From Corallochytrium limacisporum Hawaii (taxonomy: Eukaryota; Protista; Pluriformea), in contig PDIP01000110.1 in NCBI GenBank assembly GCA_002811645.1, positions 10,156-74,155 of the forward strand: 64,000 nt of DNA, read 5' to 3'. The notes under the pieces were generated by a model that searched no databases, was not told the origin of the DNA, and saw only the letters and a list, made by a program, of their open reading frames with translations. Shown here piece after piece: positions 33,752-44,601 of the stretch; position 1 is the first letter of the stretch, and the number at the start of each line of letters is the position of its first letter. A program made the position numbers and the translations under genes.

Positions 33752-34195
33752 GTACCAGAATTGTATCAGAACCTACAGATGTACTCTCATAGACTATTTC
33801 GGCGCTGATGGGTGAAAATTGTGGGAAACAGCACTGATTGTGCTGTCGGACTACACACACTTCTCTACAAGGGATCTGAAGCGAATCAATAAGCGAACAT
33901 CAGGGGATGCGTACACGGACGACCCTTAGATCCCCACCGTGCGATAGCGATATTTGCCATGTCAAGAGTCAGTATGGCAACATCGCATCAGGAACGTATT
34001 GATGCCGCCTTCTTGCTACTGGATCCACTAGATACGGGAAGTATTGACGTGGATACGATGGTTGACACACTCAAGTCGAACCTCCCAGCATTCTACACGG
34101 AGCGCCGCATTGAGGTGCTCAGGGAGGACTTTGACAGAATCGCACCTTCGGGAAGGTTGGACAGACCTGTACTAGAGCAATTGATTTTCGGATGA
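33752..34195 (+). pseudogene. EFCAB11/centrin-like EF-hand gene; C-lobe ORF (33959-34195) intact, N-lobe interrupted by stops
   Basis: EF-hand 'IDAAFLLLDPLDTGSIDVDTM'; the same frame upstream reads RLFRR*..DCAVGLHTLLYKGSEANQ*..PLDPHRAIAIF, with TGA 33806-33808 and TAA 33890-33892. Could instead be a functional 78-aa half protein. Confidence 0.55.
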
Positions 34196-34212
34196 GGAGT
34201 TGAACCTCTTCT

Positions 34213-35391
34213 TTAATTGGCCCATGTAATGGGCTCTGTGATGTACAATTTACGCGCACCTGCTGCCCTACCTGGGACGGCAGTGCGAGGCGTTTGGCGT
34301 AGAGTGGTGTCTTTCACTAGCGTCCCTCCATGTTTGTCACTATCCGCATCAATTGTACGAGGTGCCGTGTCCTTGAGGAAGCGTAGGGTTTCGTTAACTG
34401 AAAGGCTCTCGATCTCTTCATACGTTGCCATATCCGACTGGGCAAGGAGGCGTAGACCACCCCGCAGATATCGACCCAACCGAGGGGCCCAAATGGGCTC
34501 TTCATTGAGATAATGCAGACGCACCCCTTTAGCATGGAACAAGGCCTCTGCCTGCTTCGTGAAACTCTCTTCCATGCGCTCTGTGAGGAACCACACGCTG
34601 TCGAAGAAGGAACACCTGGCCACTGTCTCAGCTTTCAAGCCGTTGCCAAAGAAGATCGGAGTTCGTAGACCGTTGTGATCGTTTCGGTCAGGATTGCATA
34701 TAGTATTGATCAGACCCTCCTCACCCCCAATTTCCTTCAAATTCCACAGGCGGATCCCACTGCCAGCATTCTTGCGCACCTCTGATACTTCATAAGAATC
34801 CCTACATACTACTACAGTTGAACCGCCTAACCGATTCGCAGTGTCAATCATCAATGCGGTCAACAGATCCACTGCTGTAATAACCAAAGTAAATGATATC
34901 ATTTCACTCTCTTGGCTTTGATCGTTTCCATTTGCACTCCCATTTCTCCCATAGACCGGTCCCATCCATGTTCCCAACGTCTCATACACCTGCGCACACA
35001 GGACGAGATCCCATAGTAAAGCAGCTGCCAATGTGGGCTTTAAGGATTCCGGCAAGGGGCAGACAAGTTCAACATCTGCCAAACAGTACTCTCCCAGTCC
35101 ATAATGCCCAGGTTCAGACGGTGATAGAATTGCAGCTACGACATCACCAGCTTCAATACTTGCTACTTTACTTGACACCACGGATCCCACCACCTCCTGT
35201 CCGGGATGAATCACACTGCCGTAGCCTTGGTTTCGTTTAATGGAACGGTAATGTGCAACATTAAATGGACGGACTCTGGCGGCGATGATTCGAATTATCA
35301 CTGTTGATGCCGATGTCTGTAAATCTGTGCCATCAATGTCATTGACGTGAAATTCGGGCTCGTGACTTAGCAAGGCCGAGATCACTTTCAT
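34213..35391 (-). CDS. CRYZL1: Quinone oxidoreductase-like protein 1 (CRYZL1/FERRY4-like), MDR superfamily
   Basis: GroES-like 'PGQEVVGSVVSSKV..GDVVAAIL..GLGEY..PESL..AAALLWD'; CRYZL1-like 'ALFHAKGVRLHYLNEEPIW'. Confidence 0.65.
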   Translation of the reverse strand: MKVISALLSHEPEFHVNDIDGTDLQTSASTVIIRIIAARVRPFNVAHYRSIKRNQGYGSVIHPGQEVVGSVVSSKVASIEAGDVVAAILSPSEPGHYGLGEYCLADVELVCPLPESLKPTLAAALLWDLVLCAQVYETLGTWMGPVYGRNGSANGNDQSQESEMISFTLVITAVDLLTALMIDTANRLGGSTVVVCRDSYEVSEVRKNAGSGIRLWNLKEIGGEEGLINTICNPDRNDHNGLRTPIFFGNGLKAETVARCSFFDSVWFLTERMEESFTKQAEALFHAKGVRLHYLNEEPIWAPRLGRYLRGGLRLLAQSDMATYEEIESLSVNETLRFLKDTAPRTIDADSDKHGGTLVKDTTLRQTPRTAVPGRAAGARKLYITEPITWAN

Positions 35392-35843
35392 TGTTTCCCG
35401 CTACAGTCCAATTCTTCTTTCAACCTACATATCCCTATTACCGCAATCGACTGTATGTAGGTTCGTCTGTTTTACGCAGTCCAAAGGAAGCATTGGGTTC
35501 CACAGAGCCCAAGTACCCTTTGTGATGCCCGCTGCTCACTCCTTGGCACCGCAAAGTGATAACATTACTTGGCGGGGGTCTCCTCCACACCGCCCACTTT
35601 GGGGAGGGTGGGGGGAGCGGAGCAAAGTGACCAAGCCTGAGAACGATCGAGGTGAGAATCCGTTGACAATGATCCGCCGCATTCAAAGGGTATAGAAGTC
35701 AAGTCGGTTACAATAAGCAATTCGATGTCGGGCAACTAAAGCTCCGTAAGGGTCTATCTAAATGCTGAACAAAGATGTATCCGTTTATCCAGCAACTGAG
35801 GAAAATGTTCGGTACCTGATGGCGTAGATCAAGCCGTGTAAGT

Positions 35844-38800
35844 ATGAGCAAGTTAAAGGACTTACTCAAGGGCGCCAAGGACTGCCTTGACACAGACCGT
35901 TATGAGGAAGCACTATTGTGGCTCAAGGATGCGATTGCCAAAGACAAGAATTCGTACTTGGCGTACACAATGTCCGGTGCTGCATTTGCTGGAATTGGTG
36001 ATGCAAAGAGCCTCGACAAAGCAGAACAGGCGTACCGAAAGGCTACGGATCTGAAGCCCGATAATCCTTTGGCATGGCGTGGTTTGTTCAAGCTCTATAT
36101 GGACAACATAAAGTACAATACTACAAAGAGAGCTGAAGTGATATGTGACGTTGGCGAGCACTTGCGTACACTTTCTTCGTATAGCGAGCAGCCAGTAGAG
36201 AAGCAAATTGAGATTCTAGAGGCCCTTGCAGACGCACATGCCGATCTCGGGAACCAGTCGCAGGCCATGCAGATATTTATGACTCTCGGAGAGATGTATA
36301 AGACCATAGAAAATGGAAGTAAAGCAGCAACAGCGTTTGCGCGTGCGGCCACAGTGTATGCGGGAGCGAGTGTAACGAAAGGTGATTCCATCATGGAAGA
36401 CTTTGACATCACAGATGAGTACTTAAAGTGCTTAAAGTCACTGATCTTCCATCTCTCACAGGACAGATCGAGGATAGAACAAGTGCGTGCTTCTTCTGCC
36501 AGGTTGGGCAAAGGCATCGTCACGCAGTTCCTGCAGCGTGCGCGTGGCTCAACTGAGGCGGAGCGAAATGCATTATGCAAGGCTGCACTGGAAGCCATCG
36601 ATCAAAACATGAAACGGAGTATAGTGCCTGGTGCTTTCCGACCCCATGCAATTCTCCTAGCATGTGATGACGTCAATCTGAGTGATGACATCCATGCCAT
36701 CATTGAAGATCTTCGCCAAGTCCAGGATAAATACACATCCGCGAAAGGTGGGGCCATTGGCGCAGTCAAGGAAACGGATGACCTTGACGAATTTCCACAG
36801 TGCAGTCTGATGAATCTTCCGAGTCTCTGGACCAGGGCGCTGCAGGCATCTCATCGAACAGGAACGGAAGAGGAGGACCTACGAATCATCTTGAAATGTG
36901 TTAAGCGGCTGACTGAGAATTTGGACTGCTTGAGGTACATGAAAGTGGAGACACTACTTGGTATCGTCAATGTAGAGTTACTTGCAAGTGGTCCCGCCAC
37001 GTCAAAGACGCAAGCCTTGCATATCCTGGAGGACATGGATATCATCCCTGCCCTGTGGAAGTACAAACGGTTGTTCATTATCGCCAACAGTGTAGGAGAC
37101 CAGCTTAAGGCCGAATCTGCATTAAGCAAATGTCTAGAAATCGACAACAGCGACTCGGAGCTGTGGCTGAGGCAAGCATTGTTATTGGCGAAATCTACAG
37201 AGGTCGACAAAGTGAGGGCGCTAGATGCCATCAATCAGGCCAGAAAGTTGAGTCCTCAAAATGCCCTAATACTGCGAACTTGGGGTACTTTGCATATGAA
37301 GCTGTGTGATGACGTGGAATTCAGAGAACTACAGCAGGACATTCAAAAAGCAATGCTATTGGCGGCAAGGAGGAATGCTGATGACCCAGAGTCCTTCCAT
37401 GTGTTAGGAGAGTACTACGAACGCTGTGATCAATCCCTGCAGGCCTTGAAATGTTATTTCAAGGCTGTGAAATTGAGCCCGACTACGATGTATGAAATGG
37501 GAGAGAAACTACAGGACATGATGATCACACACGGCGAGAAGGGTATGCAGCTGGAGTTGTGGCAGCTACTTAGTGAGTCGGCACCTACAGGCAACGCGAC
37601 TTGGGCATCAGAAGCATGGGGAGATCATCTTTTCTATACTTGCCGAGGCTTCAGTGGTGCAGCCAAAGCTTACCATAAGGCCCTCAGAGGTACCGAAGAG
37701 CAGAAGAATCCTTGGCTGTGGGAGAAGCTGGGGAACGCATATATGAAAATGGGTCAATTGCCTGCTGCAGCGCGTAGTTTCTTACAAGCAATAGACTTGT
37801 ACGATGACCAATCTGCGAAGGTTGGGCCGTCAGTCTCGCTAGCATACAGTTACTACCGCCAGGGGCAGGCTGCAGAAGGGCTTGAGATCTTGCAACGACT
37901 GGAAGCGTCTGAAGTTACAATGGAACCGGAGATCAAGTACATCATTGGATACAATTCTGCAATCATTCATGACTATCTGCATCGAGAGATGTTCCTAGAG
38001 CGTCGCAATGGATCCGCGTGTGACCATGCCATGGCAGCCATCAGACACTTGATCAGCTGCCAGACATACGCACACGCGGACCACACAGAGATCCTCAATA
38101 TGATCTGCAGACTGACAGTATCTTTATTCTACAATATTGACGCGAACCGTCATTTGAAAGACTTGGCATCCTTGCTGCAAGAAGCTCTTGGGGCCCAAAG
38201 CTCGGATGCCTTACATGACCGGAAATCCATCCTGAAAGCTGTGTTAGAGCATTTCAAAGATTGTATGGCGTCGGATCCAACTACCTACACACCGCGCTAC
38301 AACTATAGCACGGTCGTCTTGGAATTGATGGACGAGACGGAGGATGATGACGTCAGCGATTTGTGTGAACAAGCATTGAATGTGATGTCGGAGGCTGTGG
38401 TGCTACGTCCGGACGTCCCATCTGGTTGGGAACTCTTGGGAATACTGGCTTTGCTCAATGACGAACCATGTTTGGCCCAGCATGCGTTTATTTCCCGGTT
38501 GAAACTACGAGAATCAAGCCGTGGTTGGTGCCTTCTTGCCATTCTGTACTACCTGCAGAGGAATGTCCAGCTGGCCTTTGAATGCCTGCATCGCGGACAG
38601 ATGTCCGATGTGCTCTATGGCAAGGTGTGGACCGTTCAAGCAGTAGTGGCGGAAGATGCAGGCAACTTTGTGGAGGCCGTGAATCTTTGGCGGCAGAGTG
38701 CTGCTCTGTCGACAGAGGTCAATGCCGCCCTGGGCTATGCCGCTATCGTGCACCGTCTCCTGCAAGACCCGCCTGGTGGAGTGGATGAGGGAGCTGAAGC

Positions 38801-40562
38801 ATTGGGTCAGAACGATTTCCAGGACGCTCTGGCTGGTTTGCGTTCTTCTCTGGCCCAGAATATTAAGAATGGCGACGAGGCTAAGCCACTGTGCAACGTC
38901 CTGACATCCAAATTGTTGGAGATAAATGGTCAGTTTAAGACTGCCTTGGGCATGGTGGATGCGCCATCTTCGAAGAAATCTCCTGAAGCCCTCTTCCTGA
39001 AGCTGCGTTTGATGCTCCGTGATGCGCAGACCAATTTTTCTGGCGATGCTATGATGGCAGCCCTTGGTGACTTGGAAGCCAACATCGCTGACGATCCCAA
39101 ACATGCTGCAGAAGCCGCCTATTACCGTGGCCTAATTGCCTACTGCTCTGGCCAGCTTGATGAGGCCGCATCGGAACTACTGCAAGCGGTCGATCAGGCG
39201 AAACAAGCATACGCCAATAGGGCCATGGATAAGCACGATGTGCGGACGCTATACATGACAACCCTCAGCCTAATTGCTCTGGCTGCTGGTGATGCTGACA
39301 CAGCACAATCGATTCTGATTGAGAGTTTGGAACTTGATCCTGCATACCTAGAGGCTCTCGAAATCCTCCACGCAATGGGTATCTATATGCAGAACGAAAC
39401 AGTCATGGACGCTGCCGTCGCGGAGTACGCGAAGGCTCCTGTTGACCAGCTGTCACAGACCCGGGGCTACCACCGCGAGTTGTTGATGGCTCTGCATGCG
39501 GCGACAGTGGGTAAGAAAGACCTGGCCACTGCGCGCATACAGGCCTACATCCATGCCTATCCACATGACTGGCGTGGGTGGATGGATCTAACTGCTACGC
39601 TACTCACCAAAGACGTTGCTGGCTGCGAACCCTCCACCGTACAACGGATCGCTAAAACCGCCCTGCACTTGCAGCGGGAAGCCATGGCTAGGCAAAGCCA
39701 GGCTTGGAGCCGGAAGTCAGTGCAAGGTCAGAAGGGCCGGATTGATGGCAGTCTGCTCATGCCAAACACCGCATTGTTGCCAACGCTTGCCGCCCTGCAG
39801 ATTGCACACACACGTGAGTCTGGAGGCAGCCTGCGAGATGCTTATTATGAGGCCCTGAGCGCTGTGCATATCAAGCCTTGGGATGAGTCGTGCGTGGGTC
39901 TGTTGGCACAGACCGCAATGGCGCTCTGGGAGGTCGAGGGCGACGAAGCCGCGTGGCAGACACTTCAGCGACTACCCATCGCCGAGCAGACTGGATCACA
40001 GACGTGGGCGAATGTCCTGCAGGAGTACATTGCCAGTCACGGGCCCGACTGCGCCGACCACTTACGACAGCTCTGCGCAATCCTGCTAGACCAGGGCTGC
40101 GGTATGCTGGCAGTGCAGATCCTTGTACATAGCCTAACTGTCCGTGGACAGTATGATGCCGCAGCTGTGTTGTTGGAAGCAGCTGCAGCCGAAGAACACG
40201 ACGCGGCCACGCCCCAAACGGCCGCAAATCTCTCCCTCCAGCGCGCATACATAGCTATGCTTCGTGGTGATGTTGCTGCAGCCCAAAAGTTTTTGCAGGA
40301 CGCCAAGACCGTCTCTGATAGTGCCCCCAGGTCTTTGGAGACTAGTGTTGCCCTCTACCTGCGCGGTGTCCAGGCAGGATCCGGCCAAAAGAGCCATGCA
40401 AAACAGAGCAAACGCTTCCTGAGTCATGATTCTTTGCTGCAGACCCATGGCTACTACAGAGAATTAATCACACAGTCCGAGTCAAAGGACGATGACTCTC
40501 TTTGCAGGCAGGAGTCTGCAAATCTGTGGGAAGCTATTAAGGGATCTGCAAGTGGTGCATGA
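35844..40562 (+). CDS. TTC37: Superkiller complex TPR subunit SKI3/TTC37
   Basis: 1572 aa of TPR repeats; N-terminus 'LKGAKDCL..DKNSYLAY..AEQAYRKATDLKPDNPLAWRGL'; 'WEKLGNAYMKMG'; 'AQHAFISRL'. Confidence 0.92.
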   Translation: MSKLKDLLKGAKDCLDTDRYEEALLWLKDAIAKDKNSYLAYTMSGAAFAGIGDAKSLDKAEQAYRKATDLKPDNPLAWRGLFKLYMDNIKYNTTKRAEVICDVGEHLRTLSSYSEQPVEKQIEILEALADAHADLGNQSQAMQIFMTLGEMYKTIENGSKAATAFARAATVYAGASVTKGDSIMEDFDITDEYLKCLKSLIFHLSQDRSRIEQVRASSARLGKGIVTQFLQRARGSTEAERNALCKAALEAIDQNMKRSIVPGAFRPHAILLACDDVNLSDDIHAIIEDLRQVQDKYTSAKGGAIGAVKETDDLDEFPQCSLMNLPSLWTRALQASHRTGTEEEDLRIILKCVKRLTENLDCLRYMKVETLLGIVNVELLASGPATSKTQALHILEDMDIIPALWKYKRLFIIANSVGDQLKAESALSKCLEIDNSDSELWLRQALLLAKSTEVDKVRALDAINQARKLSPQNALILRTWGTLHMKLCDDVEFRELQQDIQKAMLLAARRNADDPESFHVLGEYYERCDQSLQALKCYFKAVKLSPTTMYEMGEKLQDMMITHGEKGMQLELWQLLSESAPTGNATWASEAWGDHLFYTCRGFSGAAKAYHKALRGTEEQKNPWLWEKLGNAYMKMGQLPAAARSFLQAIDLYDDQSAKVGPSVSLAYSYYRQGQAAEGLEILQRLEASEVTMEPEIKYIIGYNSAIIHDYLHREMFLERRNGSACDHAMAAIRHLISCQTYAHADHTEILNMICRLTVSLFYNIDANRHLKDLASLLQEALGAQSSDALHDRKSILKAVLEHFKDCMASDPTTYTPRYNYSTVVLELMDETEDDDVSDLCEQALNVMSEAVVLRPDVPSGWELLGILALLNDEPCLAQHAFISRLKLRESSRGWCLLAILYYLQRNVQLAFECLHRGQMSDVLYGKVWTVQAVVAEDAGNFVEAVNLWRQSAALSTEVNAALGYAAIVHRLLQDPPGGVDEGAEALGQNDFQDALAGLRSSLAQNIKNGDEAKPLCNVLTSKLLEINGQFKTALGMVDAPSSKKSPEALFLKLRLMLRDAQTNFSGDAMMAALGDLEANIADDPKHAAEAAYYRGLIAYCSGQLDEAASELLQAVDQAKQAYANRAMDKHDVRTLYMTTLSLIALAAGDADTAQSILIESLELDPAYLEALEILHAMGIYMQNETVMDAAVAEYAKAPVDQLSQTRGYHRELLMALHAATVGKKDLATARIQAYIHAYPHDWRGWMDLTATLLTKDVAGCEPSTVQRIAKTALHLQREAMARQSQAWSRKSVQGQKGRIDGSLLMPNTALLPTLAALQIAHTRESGGSLRDAYYEALSAVHIKPWDESCVGLLAQTAMALWEVEGDEAAWQTLQRLPIAEQTGSQTWANVLQEYIASHGPDCADHLRQLCAILLDQGCGMLAVQILVHSLTVRGQYDAAAVLLEAAAAEEHDAATPQTAANLSLQRAYIAMLRGDVAAAQKFLQDAKTVSDSAPRSLETSVALYLRGVQAGSGQKSHAKQSKRFLSHDSLLQTHGYYRELITQSESKDDDSLCRQESANLWEAIKGSASGA

Positions 40563-40623
40563 GCAGGAGAGGTGTCTACGAACCCATTAAAGTAAATGTG
40601 TACACTAGTGCTAAGTTTAATCT

Positions 40624-43600
40624 TTAGATCTGTCCATTGGTGAGGATGTACTCTCGGTATGCATTGACAAAGCGCTTCACCGTGGCAAGATTTTTGACAC
40701 CGGCAAGTCCTTGGCTTTGCAACGAAACATCCCGGCGGTCATCCACGTCGTTGAGGCCATGGAAGAGCTGGTTGTGGATCGCCGTTGAACTAGCGAATCG
40801 CAAGGAGTAGCGCTTCTTGGTCATAGCAAGCGTGAGGCGATTTTGCTTCGGGCCAAGGCGCATCTTGGCCATATTCTGTGCGGCGTCGTCAGCTGCACGT
40901 CCGCGCAGAGTTCGAATGATTGCGTGCCGCTGGAAAGTCTCGATAGGAGCGACACGCTTGATGCAGCGGACTTCTGACAGGCCCACAATCTCGCCCATTT
41001 GAAAGCAGCACTCTCCAATGACCATATCCCCGCCGGTCTTGTTCGGGTCTGCGGCGACAATCGCGATCACAATGATTGAGCTCATGACGTGGTCATCGGG
41101 TACGTCCCACTGAAAAGTCTCTCCGAAGCTGATCAGTTCGTTCGACCATGGTTCCATGGCCGTGGTTTTGTTATTGTCCAGCACATTTCGTGCGCGACGC
41201 ACCTCCGCCCGGACGGTAATGAATGGAGAGTGGTTCGGATCACCCAAACCTTCATACGGGTTGGGCAGGTTGGTGATCTGGTCAACGTCGACCGAGACGC
41301 GTGTCTTACCTTCATTGTCTGTCGGGTCCCGCTTCCGCTCCGCTTCAAGCCGCACAGTGTAGCGAATGATGCCATACTCGGCTTCCTTACTGCCCTCATC
41401 AGTGATGTTTGCCTTGTTGGCCTGCAAAAGGTAGTACTTGTCGATCAAATTATCCGTCGTGTGCTTCATGTAGTCTGCAGCCTGGAACAGATTGTGGTAC
41501 TCTTGTGTTTGCAAATCATTGTTTGTGAGTACGTGAATCTTACCGTTGACCCAGGACGTTGCTCCCGACATTGCCATATCCAGTTCCGGTGATTGGGTAG
41601 AGGACAATGTGCCAACTCCAATCATGGACATAATGTCCTCTCCACCGCGACTGTATCCTTCTGTCTGCTCCTGTTTCAGAGCAGCGTCAATAATCTTCGA
41701 CCAAACAGTGGCGTATTTCGGAGAGTGAGTTGCCATAAACTGGCGCAGCTCATCGGCGTAGAGGAGTAGAAGTTTGTATGCATTCGCACTGACAGCAGAT
41801 CCCGTAAGCGGCAACAAAATGTCGAGGATTGTGATGAGGATATTGTGCCAGAGACAATACTGGATGTGCTCATGAACTGAAGGATAGGCAAAGCTCAGCA
41901 TGACACGCAGAACCGAATCGAGGTAATTTGTCAGGGGAGCCAGTTGTTCCTCAGCTGTCTTGCCATCCGGTTCTTTGCTTCCGAAGCTGAATTTTCCACT
42001 CGTCTTGCGAATGAGGGATCCACCACGTGGACTCAAAAGCTCACCCTGAGCCGCTGCCTTAGACTCCTCTGCCAGATCCATTGGCTTACGATCGTTGCAC
42101 AAATCAGTGAGATAGGCAGAGAGCACGTTTCGTGATGGGGTAAGCAAATGGTCCACGAGACGATCTGCGAAATTGGTCAGCAGATTCAACGTTTCTGCAA
42201 CATACATAGTTTCAGAGTCCGGGTTCATCCAATCGATGCTCTTGTCCCGAACCCCTCCTTTGACGTTTCCCACGCGCAGACGCATGGCTCGTAATTTCCG
42301 CTCCACTTGAAGAATATAGTGACACGTCACAGCAATGTTGTTCAAAGCAACCACGATTTCTCCCGTGTATTTGGCGGAATGGTCTGCCTTCTTGCCAGTG
42401 AGGCGGCGCGAGTTTTCATTTTTCGGGCCCCGTGGGCTCACCAATTCATTCAGGCTGGTTGTACTACCTGCACCGCTTACACTGCTGGCGACCTGAAGGT
42501 CTTCGGTGCTAATATCCATACTCCGTCCCATGGTCAAGGAGAATTTCTTCAGCTGCTCCTCGACGCTGCTGAGGTAGGCCTGCATCAATGTGAACACAAG
42601 GGCAGCAACCTGTGCCCGCAAGCGGTCAGCACCCTGCACACTTGCAAGCTGAACTGCATCCATGGGATGCATAATTTCCTTCATGAATCGCTCCAAAATG
42701 ATCTGAATACCGATGGTATGCTTCCGGAAGTCATCTGCCTCTAATGGACACGCCGCCTCCACTACCCAAGATTCCATGTACCGTTCTAACTCCAGGAAGT
42801 ACTGGAGTATTGCAGGCTCAAAAATTGCACTGTAGTCGTTCAAAGGATTCTGAGACGATTCGTCATTGGGGATGATCACCGTAACGAGATTGTCCAGCTT
42901 ACCAAGAATCTCAAAAATGTCATCTGCACCTCCCTGTGATTCTAAACGAACGGCTAGCGTCTCAGCTTCTGCTTTCAGCGGTTTCAAGTAGCCGTTGTAG
43001 ATGCATTGGAGCAAACTGTATCCATGGGCACTAAACATCTGCATATCCTCTACTGTGGCCCTTGCACACCGCTGTGTCACTTCGTCCAGCAGGTCCAGGA
43101 AGATTTGGGTGCTCCTGCCCTCACCATACTTGATCACCAGCTGACTCTTGAATGCTGTGAAAGACTCTTCCATTTTCTTGCTAATTTCATCTGTAACGGA
43201 TGGCATGTGTTGAGCTTGAAAGAAATCTGTTTTTGAAAACAGTGCTTCAATTTCCTCAATGGCCATGAGCACGTCGTCCAAGCGCGCTCCCATGATGGCC
43301 ACTAGAGCCGGATCCACACCCGACTGCGGCTCCTCATGTTCAGATTCCACGACACTCATGCCAATTGGAGATGTGGTGGAGTAGTACGTTGACACCACCG
43401 TGCATAGGCCCTCCCGAAGATTCCGGAGGTATTGGCCCAGAGCAGTCCTGCGCCCTTGATTGGCTCGCTGCAGGCTTCTTTCGTCCAAAATGGAGTTCTT
43501 GAATCTACGGATGTAAAAGGAGTTGTTCACGGGGACCACAGTCGCATCTTTCCAGATCTGCTGTGTTAGATAGGCCAACAAAAATCCGTACATTTCGAAC

Positions 43601-44601
43601 TCCGGTAGGTCATAAAGACGGCAGTAGTGTTCCAGTAGAAGGAGCATTTCTTTCGTGACCTGTCCTTGCCAAATCTCACGACTTTCTGGGTCAAACTTGT
43701 TAGATGCTTCCGCATCTACTGTAAGGTCAAGATTTTCACTTGATATGCGAATGCGATCCGATGATGACAGGCTGGCCCGTGATCCGGAGAGCAACCCGCT
43801 CATCCTCCTCCGTATTTTCTTCTCCTCCTTCTGGCTGAGGGACGCGGCCTCATTGGATCCCGAAATGCTTGAAGCTTGGCCTATACTACCTCGAAGACCT
43901 GGATCGGGCATCGATCCGATGCTATTCTTGGTGGCTCCGAAGCTATGCACCGGCACCATCTGTGCGCACACCCTACAAGTGAGTTGTACAAGATCTTGCA
44001 AGTTTCTGCGGTTGCCCAATAGCTTCGATGGCAGCTCGCCAGAATCAACTTCGATGCGTGTCTTGAGCAATAGTTGAAATGTTTTGCCTTTGCCGATACC
44101 ACCGGGGGTCTGGAGTGTGACTGCTAGAGGTCTCTTCTCCAGCCGGTTCAGAACCATGTCGTTCATGCTAGCGACGCCTTTGCCGTAAACTCGCTGACCC
44201 CCCTCCTTCATCAAGGACACCGCCACCTTGGTGGGCAGGTTGTCCATGCTGACCTTCATCGCATTGCTGACCTCCTTCTGGAAGGGCAAGTCAAAGCACT
44301 GCGACTCCACAACATCATCTGTTCCAATTTCCACTCTTACAAATACCTTACGATCCTTATCAGGCTTATCAATGCCATTGATCCCGCTCACATCAACGAT
44401 AAGCGTCCGCAGTGGCGGAATGGGCGCCTGGTTGTCTTTCTCCAAGTTGTGCGTATCAGGGAACAGCTGATCCACCGCTTGCAATAGGCGTGACCTGCTG
44501 ACAGCAATGTCATTGGCCGTATTATCAAGACGGTTCTCTACGGCCAGCAAGCAACCGTTCCGCAGGGTCTGGGGATCTGTTACAACGTCGTCGACCCCCA
44601 T
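40624..44601 (-). CDS. Munc13/UNC13-family protein (C2-MUN-C2; Munc13-4/BAIAP3-like architecture)
   Basis: N-terminal C2-like strands; MUN motifs 'IVVALNNI', 'QLAPLTNYLDSVL', 'TTDNLIDKYY'; C-terminal C2 'FGETFQW..GDMVIGEC'. Confidence 0.78.
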   Translation of the reverse strand: MGVDDVVTDPQTLRNGCLLAVENRLDNTANDIAVSRSRLLQAVDQLFPDTHNLEKDNQAPIPPLRTLIVDVSGINGIDKPDKDRKVFVRVEIGTDDVVESQCFDLPFQKEVSNAMKVSMDNLPTKVAVSLMKEGGQRVYGKGVASMNDMVLNRLEKRPLAVTLQTPGGIGKGKTFQLLLKTRIEVDSGELPSKLLGNRRNLQDLVQLTCRVCAQMVPVHSFGATKNSIGSMPDPGLRGSIGQASSISGSNEAASLSQKEEKKIRRRMSGLLSGSRASLSSSDRIRISSENLDLTVDAEASNKFDPESREIWQGQVTKEMLLLLEHYCRLYDLPEFEMYGFLLAYLTQQIWKDATVVPVNNSFYIRRFKNSILDERSLQRANQGRRTALGQYLRNLREGLCTVVSTYYSTTSPIGMSVVESEHEEPQSGVDPALVAIMGARLDDVLMAIEEIEALFSKTDFFQAQHMPSVTDEISKKMEESFTAFKSQLVIKYGEGRSTQIFLDLLDEVTQRCARATVEDMQMFSAHGYSLLQCIYNGYLKPLKAEAETLAVRLESQGGADDIFEILGKLDNLVTVIIPNDESSQNPLNDYSAIFEPAILQYFLELERYMESWVVEAACPLEADDFRKHTIGIQIILERFMKEIMHPMDAVQLASVQGADRLRAQVAALVFTLMQAYLSSVEEQLKKFSLTMGRSMDISTEDLQVASSVSGAGSTTSLNELVSPRGPKNENSRRLTGKKADHSAKYTGEIVVALNNIAVTCHYILQVERKLRAMRLRVGNVKGGVRDKSIDWMNPDSETMYVAETLNLLTNFADRLVDHLLTPSRNVLSAYLTDLCNDRKPMDLAEESKAAAQGELLSPRGGSLIRKTSGKFSFGSKEPDGKTAEEQLAPLTNYLDSVLRVMLSFAYPSVHEHIQYCLWHNILITILDILLPLTGSAVSANAYKLLLLYADELRQFMATHSPKYATVWSKIIDAALKQEQTEGYSRGGEDIMSMIGVGTLSSTQSPELDMAMSGATSWVNGKIHVLTNNDLQTQEYHNLFQAADYMKHTTDNLIDKYYLLQANKANITDEGSKEAEYGIIRYTVRLEAERKRDPTDNEGKTRVSVDVDQITNLPNPYEGLGDPNHSPFITVRAEVRRARNVLDNNKTTAMEPWSNELISFGETFQWDVPDDHVMSSIIVIAIVAADPNKTGGDMVIGECCFQMGEIVGLSEVRCIKRVAPIETFQRHAIIRTLRGRAADDAAQNMAKMRLGPKQNRLTLAMTKKRYSLRFASSTAIHNQLFHGLNDVDDRRDVSLQSQGLAGVKNLATVKRFVNAYREYILTNGQI

